A stretch of 64,000 bases of DNA from Cenococcum geophilum (Eukaryota): NCBI GenBank assembly GCA_050273025.1, contig CP158635.1, forward strand, positions 3,472,001-3,536,000, read 5' to 3'. This document shows, piece after piece, positions 49,935 through 62,923 of this stretch (within the stretch, counting starts at the first letter, position 1; each line of letters starts with the position of its first letter). The notes under the pieces are model-generated. The model ran no database searches. It saw only the letters and a program-made list of their open reading frames with translations, and was not told the origin of the DNA. The translations under genes were made by a program, and so were the position numbers.

Positions 49935-52900
49935 ATGAACGGGGTGCGAGAACCACATACCAACGGTGATGCCTCCATATCCATCCCCGAGAATGAACAG
50001 CTCCCTACGCCCGCCCTGTCACCAATAACAGGAAATTTGTTCTTTCCACCGGACAGCCACCTTCGACACCAAGACCGAGCGCGGGAGGAGAACTTGAGCC
50101 CCCCCGATGGTGTCCGAAGCCGGCGCCAGAGCCTCCACGATGGCAGTGCAGTAACAGATGGCTCCAACGATGCCAGACCTCTTCCACGAATCCAGAGACC
50201 AGACGGCAGGCGAAGGAGCAGCGCTGGAACCGTTGGCTCTCCAACATCAGATTCACATGATCGCGACAAGATCTTTAAACTTTCTCCTGCCCAAATTCAC
50301 GAACTTACGTCTTCTCCGACGTCGCTTCCCCTTCGCGCGGCATCTCCTATCTCAGAGGATGTATCACCACTTGCCAGATCACCCACAGTCGAAGGGAAAG
50401 GACAAAATACTGAGGATCGCGGAGGTTTGGGCGTTCTGGAGGAGGAAATGGCACATAACGTGGTGATTGAAATGAGCAGTGATCGACGCAGAGCGAGTTT
50501 CTCTAGGGCTGCAGCGTCGAAACAAGGTCTAGATGGGGTGTCCGCCAAATCGCCCATGACAGACTCGAAACTCGGACGTCCAGGGCTCTCGTCAAGAGCC
50601 GTATCAACGCCGCCAGTAATACGGCGGAAACAATCATCCACGAGGAACCACAGCTTTACCCATGAAGCGGGTGGGCAACACAAGCCCACGCGCCCAATAC
50701 CAGCACCTTTGAACCTCGATGATAAAGGAAGCAACGCCAACGGATCTGCTAGTCTTAAACCTCCTGCACCGCCGGATCCCGTTCCCTCCCCAATGCCATC
50801 ATCCATACCACTACCCCCATTGTCAATACCAACCTATCTTCAACTAGAGCTCTCTCCCGACAAGCCATCTCCGCTGTATATCTATCGTCCCTCTACCAGC
50901 GATTTTCCTTATGAGTCCTCGAAAATAAAATTCGAGCGATTGATTAATTTTCTATTTCTACCACCCCAATTAGAACAGACCCTTGCGTTTGGTGCATTGG
51001 CCTGTCTTGATGCCTGGCTTTACATTTTTACCATTTTGCCATTGCGGTTCTTCAAAGCTCTTTGGGTTCTTATTCAATGGTGGGCTAGGAATATCGTCAA
51101 GGAGATCCGCGATTTGGCAAGTTTCGTATACTCTGGAATGGGCAGGGTCTGGAGGAGGCGACGGCAGAAGGGTGAAACCTCTACGACAGGCACCCCATCC
51201 GAGGAGGGAGCAAGATCTCGGAGGCCTTCTATCTCAGCTGTGGCATCTCCCAACCTTGCAACCGCGGTTAAAGATAATGGAAATGGTGCACACAGCTTTT
51301 CAGAACAGCAGCGAAAGCATGTACGGAGCTCTGCCTTCAGGCACCGTAGGACTAAATCTACGCCATCGACATTGCTCCCCAGCCACAAGGCAGACATACT
51401 CAAAGGTCTCCTAGTGATCACGAGTTGTGCCATACTGATGCGTTTCGATGCTAGCAAAATGTACCATGGAATTCGCGGGCAAGCAGCAATTAAGCTTTAT
51501 GTGATCTACAATGTCCTTGAGGTTTGCACCATCATATATGGTCTCTTCTGTATGAAACTGACATTTTGTCAGGTCTGTGACCGATTGTTTTCCGCTCTTG
51601 GCCAAGATGTTCTTGAATGTCTCTTCTCTCGAGAGACGCTTGACCGGAATCCTGACGGCCGAAGCAAGATTGCGCGTCCGTTCTGGATGTTTATACTTGC
51701 ACTGGTCTATAATGTTATCCATGCGACCGCCCTCTTCTACCAGGTCATCACCCTCAATGTGGCCGTGAATTCGTACTCTAATGCACTCTTGACCCTTCTT
51801 ATGTCGAACCAGTTTGTAGAGATCAAAGGGACCGTTTTCAAAAAGTTTGAAAAGGAGAACCTCTTCCAAATCACTTGTGCGGATGTGGTGGAGCGTTTTC
51901 AGCTTTGGCTGATGCTAATGATCATTGCCATGCGAAATATCGTGGAGGTTGGCGGTCTGAGCATTGGTCTAGGCAACATCGGCGCCAGCTCCAATAACTT
52001 GGGTAGCAATACCACCAGTGCTCCAGTCAGGAGCACCAGTATCATTCCATTAAGCTTCACTATCTTCCCCAAGTGGACTGGGCAAGTCCTAGGGCCCTTT
52101 CTTCTTGTTCTGGGCAGCGAGATGATCGTGGATTGGGTAAAGCATGCATACATCACCAAATTCAACAACACCAAGCCAGCCATCTACGGTCGCTTTCTAG
52201 ATGTCCTAGCTAAGGATTACTATTCCCATGTGAGTTTGGGTACTTTGGTCATGATTAGATTGCGGACTGCTAATGAAGGACTCGACAACTAGGCCTTTGC
52301 AGACCAAAACCTGACAAAACGCCTTGGTCTTCCCGTCCTTCCTCTCTCGTGCCTCTTTATCCGTGCTGTCGTGCAAACCTACCACATGTTCCTAGCCACC
52401 CACATGCCGCTCCCACTCCCTTCAACCGCTACCTCTTTGTCCACCGAACCCACAGCTACTACTTCCCCAGCAACTACAGCCGCTCTTGCTCACATCGACC
52501 ACATTTTCCGCCGGGCGCTGGGAAGGTCGTCTTTTGGTGCCAGCGCCGGTGGACCAGACACTTCGTCTTTCAATTGGTGGTCCGTCGATGACCTCATCGC
52601 CTTCGCGACCATGCTTGTTGTCTTCCTCGTCGGGTACCTATTTCTGCTCGCCTTCAAGCTTGTTCTTGGTATGTGTCTTCTTAGCTTCTCGCGGAGCCGA
52701 TACAAGGGCATGAAAGAGCGGGAGAGAATCGTAGCTGATACAGGGGGGAAGCGGGTCGGCGGCTGGGGTATTGTGGAGGTCGAGGAGGACAAACGCCGGT
52801 GGATTTACGCAGATGACCCGGAAGGGCTAAGGGCGCTGAGGGAAAGAGAGGCCAAAGCAAAGGAAAAGGAGGCGAAGGGGGTTGGAGAGGTGGGGTTAGG

Positions 52901-52943
52901 AGGCGTGACTAGGTATGCCATGGTTGCGAAGAGGATCTGGTAG
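49935..52943 (+). CDS. EMP65: TAPT1/EMP65 (DUF747) ER membrane protein
   Basis: FGALACLDAWLYIFTILPLR, DASKMYHGIRGQAAIKLYVIYNVLE, LNVAVNSYSNALLTLLMSNQFVEIK, DVVERFQ and VDWVKHAYITKFN. Introns at ~51522-51572 and 52229-52292. Confidence 0.92.
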
Positions 52944-53151
52944 AAGCAGTGAAGCGTAAACCAGGTATATATTAGTGCAATACCAACGAGCTGCACCATA
53001 AACGGGCACAGACTCCCACTTCCCTTGTGCTGATGCCAGAAATGAATCTCAGCGAAACGAGTTTTGGACTGCCAAAGCTCTTACGTTCTTCCCTTACTGA
53101 GAAGCATCCGGGGGAGCCTGGAACGAGAAGGGCGGTTCACCAACCAACAGC

Positions 53152-53752
53152 TCATTCTCGAACGTAACAAGAGGGAATCCCGCATCCGGCCTGGACTTCT
53201 GCCGCAACCCACTCCTCATCCCCCCGTGCCCAACCCGGCGGCAACTCAAGATCCAAGAAGATCCTGCCCATATCATTCCCATCTCTCCCACCAATCCGCA
53301 CCACAAACCCCGACGCAAACACATTAACCCCACTAACCTGCAAATCCCCCAGCAAGAGCCCCTCTCCCCCACCCTCTCCTCCATCCACCCCTCATCCGGC
53401 GGCCGCACCACCACGACCAGGCCCCCCCGCCCCCGGCACGCCATGCATACTACCGACGCCGAACCGCCCCACCCTACCGGCGCCTCCCGCCTCGGCCTCA
53501 TTCGGCGCGTCCAGAACCGCAGCGTACGCGCGCGCCAACCGCCGCGACGCGCGCCTCGGGGACCCGCACCACCAGATCATTGAGCCCGTACGCGAGGCAC
53601 GGACGCCGCACGCTCCGCGCCGTCGGCTGGGCCCGCAGCGCGCGCCGGGTGGCGTCGCGTGGCAGAAGAAGGGGAGTATTCCCCCAGGGGGTTGAGGAGG
53701 TCGGCGTGGGGGAGGAGGATGACGATGTGGTTGAGCCGGGTTGGGGAGACAT
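53152..53752 (-). pseudogene. Glyoxalase-like domain (Glyoxalase_3) protein, internally deleted and frameshifted
   Basis: RLNHIVILLPHADLLNP is joined almost directly to GILPFFCH(D)AT(P)R..LR. The remaining homology is split across three frames. Confidence 0.6.
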
Positions 53753-54010
53753 TTGGGGGAAGGAGCAAGGGGGTGGGGGGTTGTTTCTGGGAGTTTGGAT
53801 GGGGGAGAGAGGTGGATGGACTGGTTTTGCTGGTTTGGATAAGAGAAGGAGAATGGTATGGTATTATCTGTCGATGCCGGATATTTTGCTCGCTGTGTGC
53901 GGCTGGGCGACTGGTAGGACGGGCTAATATGGTGGAGTTGACCTAATTGGCGGTCAACAATATCTCTCGGTCTCATTAATTGATACCACGAGACTCAAAC
54001 CGTACAGATT

Positions 54011-54300
54011 CATTTCCTTGACCTCAAGTCTATATCAAAAGCCGCCTTCTCAAGTAAGTGATATGTTCACAGATCCTCCCGCTTCAACCTTCCCGCTTCC
54101 GTTTCAGCTGGAATGAGGTCGAATTCCCAGATCACACGAGCAAGTATAAGACGTATCTCAGTCTGAGCAAACTCTTCCTCCATGCACTCTCTGCGTCCAA
54201 GAGAAAAGAGCTGTGAAGCATTAAGAACATCATTGTAGAAGAAATATCTCTATTAACTTCTATTGGGTTTCTAGCCACCTATGAATTTATAGAAATGAAA
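54011..54300 (-). pseudogene. Cytochrome P450 C-terminal fragment
   Basis: NDVLNASQLFSLGRRECMEEEFAQTEIRLILARVIWEFDL (heme-Cys motif) with an in-frame stop; the upstream part is lost in the RIPed block. Confidence 0.75.
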
Positions 54301-55160
54301 TAGTAGATAAACTAACAAAAAAGGGCCTTTTTAGAAGAAAAATGCGGTCTTTTTATACTTCTCTAGCCTACCTAGGGAGACAAGCAAGAGAAAAGATACT
54401 AGAATAGTGGAAAACAATTAGCAACAGAATAAAAGTAAAGAAAAACACTATACTAGAATTTGTAAGGGAAACTACCCCTTTTCTTTTAAAGCTCCATCGG
54501 ATAAATATCCTAAAAAGCTATCCCATGCGCCGTTGAGGCGTACGCCAAAAGAGGCCCGTGCGCGAACATCAAACACCAAAGCGACCCCCAAGGACCCAAT
54601 TCGGCTGTGCTTTATGCAATATACCCTTCTGTAAAGAAGGACTTTGTTGGCAGGAACGCCTTAGCCTAATTAGGACACGATAGAGTCAATTATATATCAA
54701 GTTCGGGCTCTATTATAATGATTTAAAGCCTTAATTCGTTGGTGAATCTACGGCTTCATTTCGCCAAGACTCGATTCAATCTAGAGGCTCTGGTTGGTTC
54801 GCTTGTGTGTACGCCTTTGTCAACAGCGCATGGGATAGTCAGCTTTCTTTTAACTAAAACTAAAAAAAGGGTTCTTTAAATCCTTTTCTAAAACAATAGG
54901 AAATAATAAAGAAGGTAGATGCTTTAGGGACTATAGCGTAGTATAAACCCCTACGTATCTTTTACTAGAATATAGACTATATTAGGAAGATAGAAAAGAA
55001 ATGCAAAGACAAATAGGCTCTTCTCTCTTCTTAGAGAAGCTTTTTTGCACAAAGAAAGGAAGAGAGGCGCTTCTTCTATTTCTAAGTAGGACTAAAATAG
55101 CTACTAGAAAGTGGCTAATAGTAGAAGAATCTCTAAAAGGAGGTAACTCCTACTAGATTT
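54300..55160 (+). mobile_element. Probable LINE ORF2 3' relic, RIPed
   Basis: Degenerate TP..L..E..Y knuckle region and LL.FLSRTKIATRKW, typical of Tad-like C-termini. Confidence 0.35.
54521..54835. mobile_element. 315-bp MITE
   Basis: TIR TCCCATGCGCCGTTGA / TCAACAGCGCATGGGA, with TA on both sides. Confidence 0.75.
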
Positions 55161-55539
55161 CTAGTAAATAGACTATAGAAAATAAAAGGATAGAAATTAA
55201 TTATAAATAGGACAGGGATAGGCGTTAGGATTACTTATGATTTTATTTTAATTTTTCAATTTTTCTACTATTTTTCTACCGTTTTCTTACTACCTAATAG
55301 TTGTTAGCAACCTAGTATTTTACTAGGAGGCTATAAACCCCTAGTTTAGGGATTTATAAACTACTAGGATATAGCTACTAGTATATATTAAGCTGCCTAG
55401 AAAGGATTTATATATATAAAACTATAGCGCTATAGCCTAGAGGCTGTATACGTAGTATAATACAATGGATATAAAAAATAAATAAAAACTATAGCTACTA
55501 TATAAAAAGTCTCTATAATTGCCTACGCTCCAATTCTTT

Positions 55540-58500
55540 ATACCCTATTTATTATTGCTATAATAGCATCCCCACCGGCGTATATCGAGATATTTAAGGT
55601 ATAGTCTACTACTGGCGCTACTGTTACCCTAAATAGCTATCTTATAGTTAAAAGGGATACTATATAAAGTCTCTTTAGTACTATAACTATAATAAGGCCC
55701 TTAGTAGCTACTTTTATAATATATTGTTTATACCAAAATTCTATATCTATAACTACCCCTAAAATCTTAGCTGTATACTCTAGTATGACTATTTTTCCTT
55801 TAATTATAAATAGGGTAACGTAGGTGATAGGGTTATGACGGTCGGCATAGTTATAACGGTGCCCCACCGCCTTCCTAATTAGGCTTACTTCCTGCCTAAT
55901 TAAGTATATTGCCAAATCTAAAATCAAAACAGAGGAAAATTAAACTAGTAGAAATTTTGAATGCTTACATCGTAATTAAAAATATTCTTATTAACACCAT
56001 AATGCCCCGCTGGCCTCTACACCCTAACCGCGATAAGACTATACAAATTGCTATTACTGCCTAGCGTTCTCACTTTTATAATAGCCGGGAAGCTTACGCA
56101 AAAGCCTATGGGGTAGATCCGCAGACATTTCGACGTCGCCTTAATGGAAAACAACAGCCTTATAAAGTCGCCCATATAAACCAGAATCGTATTACTGTTC
56201 CTGGCGAATATGCAATTACTAAGCACTATATATATCTTGCTAACGCCGGGTTTCCATATCGCCAGCATACTCTTCGAATAATTGCGACAATAGTACTTAG
56301 ACAGGAGTATACCGACCTTCCTTAATACCTTTAAATCGGGCCTTTAGGCAAGAAGTGGGTGTATAATTTCCTAAAACGGTAGGAAGAGCTTCGTTGCTGC
56401 TATATATATTCAATTAATTAAGAACGAGCTTTTACTAATAACAACCCTAGCCGTATTAAGAGGTTCTTTTCTAACTACTATAACGTCGTCACTAAATATA
56501 ATATTAACGAATTTGATATATAGAATATGGACAAGATAGGCTTTGCAATAGGTTTAGCTTTTAGCGCTAAAGTAATTATTTTAAAAGGAAGAATTATTAA
56601 TTTTAAGACAGTTAACGGTAATAGAGAATGGGTTACCTAGGTAGACGTAATTAGTATATATAGGCAAACGATTCCACCGTTTATTATTTTTAAAGGACGG
56701 CAGCATATAGATTCTCTATAAGAAACTACAGAGAAAGCTATAGGAGACTATTCAATTAGAATAATAGAGAATGGCTAGTTAAATAAGGAAATGGGCCTTA
56801 AGTGGCTTAAATATTTTAAATAATATACCTAATAAATAGAAGTATCGGAGGCCTCTAAAATTGAACACTATAGATATTAATTGCTTATTATAGACGGATG
56901 TACTTCTTATACTAATATCGACTTTATAAAGTTCTGCTAGAACTATAAGATTATACCTATTTATCTTCCACCTTATTTAACCCACTTCCTACAGCCTCTA
57001 GATCTTATTATCTTTTCAGTACTTAAGCGCCTTTATTTAGCCAAAGTTAATAAATATATAGCTCGCGGTATTACGGGTATTAATAGGGACTACTTCCTAA
57101 GAATTCTAGATAAGATTTAACTCTATATATACACCCCCGAATTAATTAATAGCGCCTTTAAGGCGGCAGGGCTTCTTCCTTTTAACCCTAGTTAGGTCCT
57201 TCAGCGCCTTATAAAAAGAACTTCTTCTATATAGCCAACTACACCCCTTTTAAACAAATTAACGATTTTATTATTACCTCTACATCCAAAGACTCCTAAA
57301 AGTTACTCTAATTGAGCTTAGTATAGCCATATAATTTATTACCCAAATACCTTACCCAAAGCAGTTAACGTAGTTGTTAAAAAGCTTATAAGCTACATGG
57401 ATTTGTTAGAGGAAGGCATAGAAATACTATAATAAGAAAACACTAAGCTTTGTAACAGCGCTATAGAAAAAAGAGCTAAGAAGAAGAAGAAGCGGATAGT
57501 GCTTTCTACTTAATCAGTTTTTACTACTAAATTAGCTAAAGCACTTATCGCCGCTAGGGTAGCAGTAGTAGAGACTAAGCAGTAGGTCAAAGATACTAGG
57601 GAGCGCCTTAGAAAAAATAAAAGGGATATAGCTATAGTTGCGTAGGCGCAAGTTTAAAAAAGGAAGGAGGCTTATACTATTATAAAGATAGCTAAAGGGG
57701 TTGCAGATTAACATAAAAGGAAGCTAGGAGACGTAGAGAGAAGCTTAAAGAAGGCGTAGATGGCGTTAACAGTTGTAACCAAGGCCGCTATTAAGATAAG
57801 GACGCTAGGAGCTTATATAGCAGCTGCCAAAGCAATAAAGGAGGCACAATCAACCGTAGGAGCCCTAGCAACACTACGGAAGCAGTAGGAGGACTCCTCT
57901 ACCACAGCTATAGAGGCTATAGCTTGCTCTAAGGCTCTACAAGATACCGTAAAGGCCTTAAAGAAGGATTCTTAATAGGCTATATAGTCTACACAGGGAG
58001 AGGATAAGGAGGAGGAAGGGCTAGACGGATTAAGTAGCAATAAGGTGTCGGATAAGGACGATTTTAAAATAGACGACGTGGGGTCAATTAAGGAGAAATC
58101 AGTATCTATAATACCATAATATTAATATAGAGCCTCTTTTGTATAAATATAAGGCTTTATGCTACCTAGTAATATTGCGATATTCTGCGATACTTTGTGC
58201 TAGTATTTTACCTACAATTAGGTATTTAGCAGAATTTTGATGTTCTAAACTGTCATAACCCTATTACCCACGTTAAGCCTAATTAGGAAGGTAGTGGGGC
58301 ACCGTTATAACTATGCCGACCGTTATAACCCTATCACCTACGTTAGTATTAATTTACTCTATATTTCTTATAAAATACACTAATATAGTCTTTTTACCTT
58401 TAAATATTACGCCGCTTTATTTCTCCTAGTTTATTACTCTATTAATAATAGCCTAAATACCTTTACAGTTTGCTGCTATTAATAGTCCTATAACCTATAC

Positions 58501-58650
58501 ATTATAGTTATCTATAAATACCATTAAGCCTCTATTTATATTAAGCTAGTACTAAACTAGGTTAGTATTAAAAAAGAGAAATAGTATTAGTAAGAGCAGT
58601 AGTCCTTATAGTAGTCCTACTTATAGTAACCACTACTAGTTAAATATCGG
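55540..58650 (-). mobile_element. LINE RT fragment interrupted by the pogo element
   Basis: Minus-strand GL(PQ)G...ILFLFFN.(D)L (~58560-58620), FI(DD)Y (~58510) and KTILVYF. It resumes beyond the insertion with AKILGVVID..YKQ.I..VATKGL. Confidence 0.7.
55818..58343 (+). mobile_element. pogo/Fot1 (Tc1-mariner superfamily) DNA transposon, full length, RIP-inactivated
   Basis: ~70-bp TIRs starting ACGTAGGTGATAGGGTTAT, with a TA TSD. Transposase relic starts at ATG ~56002 and includes (W)NMD(E).GF, LLIIDG..S and LPP..THFLQPLD. Confidence 0.92.
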
Positions 58651-59110
58651 CAAAATATTGTCCCCTATCAATGGCCTTAATAGGCAGTCGTTGGCGCAAT
58701 TAGCACGCAGTTAAAGGTATTTGGCAACTTGACCGACTAGTCTATATTGTGTTTTTTTAATACGTAGCCTACGCGTAGCCTACCTACAAACTACGTAATT
58801 AGCAGTTTTATTAATTTACCTTTTTATTTATAAAGTATTAAAGTCTTTTAAGTTCCCTATAGTATAATATAACTTCCCTAGGTATACGTTTTATAAAAAA
58901 ATTATTATATAATAATTTTTTTAATAGCGTTACTAGGGGGCTTATTAGAGCCTAAGCGAAAATAAGTGAAAATTAGAAAATTAAAAAATCTATTAAGTTG
59001 CATGTAGGTTAACTATTAAATACGCCAATTACGTTAGGAAAAAATTTACTAGCATTTAATTTTACTTTTCTACCATTTTAGCATTTTCTAGCATTTCTAG
59101 CATTTCCTAG

Positions 59111-59520
59111 CATTTAGCTGCTAGATGCCGCATTTAGAATTAAGTGTTAGTATTTAGCTGCTAAATGCCGCATTTAGAATCAAGTGTTAGCATTTAGCTG
59201 CTAGATGCCGTATTTAGAATTAAGTATTAGCATTTAGCTGCTAAATGCCGTATTTAGAATTAAGTGTTAGCATTTAGCTGCTAAATGCCGCATTTATAAT
59301 TAAGTGTTAGTATTTAGCTACTAAGTGCTAACTATAAGATTACTAAGCATATATAAAAGTATAATTTTTATAATTTTTATATTTTATATACACTTTATTA
59401 ATATTACTAAGTATATATAAATGTATAATTTTTATAAATTTAATATTTTATATACGCTTTATTAATATTACTAAGCATATAAAAATGTATAATTTATATA
59501 AATTTAATATTATTAATAAA
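59111..59520. repeat. Minisatellite: 40-bp unit x~5.5, then ~60-bp AT-rich unit x~3
   Basis: CATTTAGCTGCTAGATGCCGCATTTAGAATTAAGTGTTAG repeats from 59111; ATTACTAAGCATATA.. repeats at ~59339, 59403 and 59466. Confidence 0.85.
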
Positions 59521-59823
59521 AATTTAATATTTAATATTTTATATATATTTTATTAATATTAGTAAGTATAGGGGGCAGGGCGGCGTTATAAAAAAATTTA
59601 CTAGTATCTTAAATTAGGTTTATGCTAATTAAGTAATTTCGGTATTTAGCCGCATTTAGTTGCATTTTGCGGCTATATACTATACTGCTAATAATAATGC
59701 TGTAATTTGCGGCTAAACGCCGCCTTAATAATAAAAGTGCTGTAAGCTGCAGCTTAATGCTCTTTTAGAAATAATAATACTAGAAATATTTTGGTTAACT
59801 GGGTTAACTGAGTTTACTATATA

Positions 59824-62800
59824 TGTTAGGTAAAACCTAAGCATATAGTTATATAGCTGCGAGGTACAGGCGACCCGTAGGCGACTCGCCTGTGAGGCAC
59901 GTGCGCTGCACGTGCCTATGGAAACCCCTTACCTCGCACCTTAGACTCCTCCTTCTCCCTTAAGGATTCGTCTCTGTCTATACAATATACCCATTGTTCT
60001 ATTATTAGACTCCCTATCCATATTCTTACCTTACATTTAAATCCTTACTAATCCCTTTGGGAGGATAGCCGGTTTAATTTTCTTACAATCTATAATGCCT
60101 CCAAAGACAAGATCGACCCCTGCACTTAACGGTAATACGCCCGCGATACAACGGCAGAACGCCTTAGGATCTAGTGCAGACGAAACCTCTACACTAGTAA
60201 CATCTGGGCTACCTTCCGAATCTTAAGACAATTAGACATCTATAAACGCTGGAGACTAGTTTAACTTATATACCTAGGCTTAATAGGAGCTTAGTAAGGT
60301 TACTAGCGTCCTACTAAATACTACTAACCTAAAGGAGCTAGATAAGCTAGCTAAGAAAATAGCCAACTTACGGAGCATCGTTGACTTAATAAAGCCCTCC
60401 CGTTGTTATTGTCTCTTAAGCGAAGAATACAAGTTACATAGCGAGCGTATACGCCAAACGAATCTTAACGCCCTGGTTAAGAAGTTACCGCCTAATATTA
60501 GTGGCACTACTTAACAGAAGTTTAACCGGTAGATCGCCGCAGTTAAGAACTAATTTAAGGTTAACGACGCTAACTATAACTATAAGTAACGTACGCGTTA
60601 GGCCATCGAAGGTCTTATAAAAGTAAAGACAATTACTTAACTGGTGTATTACCGGCTAGGCGCCAAAAATAAAGGTCCTTTACTATGGGACAAATTTAAG
60701 ACTATGGTCTAAGACCAGATTAAGGACCCTATAGTAAGACGCTTTAATAATGCTATTGCGTACTATATAACTGTGATAAAGAAGAACTAGAAGTTTAACA
60801 CCTTCTTAGCCCGTATACGTAGCTTAGAGGACCTCTTATTATATACCCCCTTTATTAATCCTAATTAGCAGGTAGACTTTTAGTTCTTATATCTCCTAAC
60901 CTACCTATAAGTAGAGCTCTTCCGCCAGAACTTTACTGCACGGGTGAGAACTACTAAGGACCTCTTTACTAAAGTCCGCTATATAGAACAATTACTTAAC
61001 ACCATAAAGCTTGCGAAAAATTATATGGTTAGTAGCAGATCCTCGCGCTTAAAGCGCGGTTATAGCGTAAGCTCTATAGGGTTAGGTTTAGAAGACAGAA
61101 CCTAAGAAAGGCGAGGCTTTCCTAAGTAAACTTCTAGGGAGACTACTTAACAGCTAGATAGCCCTAAGGACCCCTTAGACGCCGGCGCTACGCCTACGAC
61201 TTACTAGAGGAACGTAGGTAGTAACTATAAAGAATACTAGCGGTAAGCCATTGCAGATAAGTCTTAGCTATTAGGCGACAGGTAGTAGGTCCGTCTATAA
61301 CCGGGGTCCTTTAACTAGGGTCCTTTAACCCGCTAGTGACCTACTAGTAATAACCTACACCAATAACTATATGTATATATTATATAATAGGCCCGTCTAT
61401 AACCGGAGTCCTTTAACCGGGGTCTATAACCTGCTAGTAACCTACTAGTAGTAACCTATGCTAATAATGTATACATTACTCTACAAAGACTTGGATAACG
61501 TATACCCTAAATGTATACCTTATATAGGCGCATCGCAACCCAACGTTAAATAGGAAGAAGACTTGGATACCGTATACCCTAAACGCACATCGTGCGCAGG
61601 TATATCGCGACCCAACGTTAGAGAAAAGAAAGCTTGGATACCGTATACCCTTAAGCGCATACCTTACGCAGGCGCATCGCGACCCGACGACCCTATAAGT
61701 TACTAGTTGATTTTATCCGTAGAGTAAAAGGGACGCCTTACGCTTTACGCGTAATTAGCTAACTTAGGGGTAAGTCCCTACTGGTAACAGATACCGCCTA
61801 TAACTGGGGTCCTTTAACTAGGGTCCTTTGACCCGCTAGTAACCTACTAGTAGTAACCTATACTAATAACTTATATCTCTAAGGACAGATCCGTCCGTGA
61901 CTGGGGTCCTTTAACTAGGGTCTACGACCTGCTAATAACCTGCTGGTAGTAACCTATACCGACGATTTATATATCAGACTTAGATACCGTATACCCCTAA
62001 ACGCATATCGTGCGCAGGTGTATCGCGACCCGACGTTAGATAGGCAGAAGACTTGGATACCGCATACCCCTAAACGTATACCTTGCGCAGGCGCATCGCG
62101 ACCCGATGTAACTACGTATATACTACGCATGTGCTACGCAGATAACGTAAGGCTAAAGTATAAAGTCGGCGGTGGATTTAATGGGTATACTGCCCTACTA
62201 CTATACGTCTGGCTGTATGCAAATAACCTATAACCTACCCACAAAGTATACACGGCGCTATGCCGGTATAGCGTAAGGCTAAAGTAGGGTTAGCGGCGGA
62301 TTTAATAGGTATATAGCCTTACCGTCTATAAATCTGGCTGCATGCGAATAACCTACGACTTACCTATAAGGTATTAGTAACCTGCTTATACAAGTACGCA
62401 TCTAGAATTTGGCAGAATTTAGCAGAATTTGGCAGAACTTGGCGGAATCTCTATATACTACGTAGGTATAGTATAAGGCCAAAGTATAGGGTTAGCGGTG
62501 GATTTAACGGGCATACTGCCTTACTACTATACGCCTAGCTATATACAAATAACCTATAACTTACCGGTAAAGTATATACCTATCTTTTCGTGCGCAAAAT
62601 TAGGACACTCTTTCCCTTTTTAATTTTTCCTTATTAAGGTTTTTTATGGGGTTTTATTAAGGCCTAAGTATGTAAAGGATCGGGGACGACCCTTTTTAAA
62701 GGGGGGGGTATTGTTAGGTAAAACCTGAGCATATAGTTATATAGCTGCGAGGTACAGGCGACCCGCAGGCGACTTGCCTGTAAGGCACGTGCGCTACACG

Positions 62801-62923
62801 TACCTATGGAAACCCCTTACCTCGCACCTCAGACTCCTCCTTCTCCCTTAAGGATTCGTCTCTGTCTATACAATATACCCATTGTTCTATCATTGGACTC
62901 CCTATCCATATCCTCACCTTATA
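59824..62923 (+). mobile_element. Non-autonomous gag-only LTR retroelement (3.1 kb)
   Basis: 212-bp LTRs at 59824-60035 and 62712-62923, TSD ATATA, and a G-rich PPT at ~62698-62708. RIPed gag-like ORF from ~60095 (PFT(W)DKFK..DP..RR). No RT, RH or IN motifs seen. Confidence 0.88.

Noticed and set aside
59111..59330. CRISPR-like array
   Set aside because: Eukaryotic context, contiguous tandem units with no unique spacers, and no cas genes.
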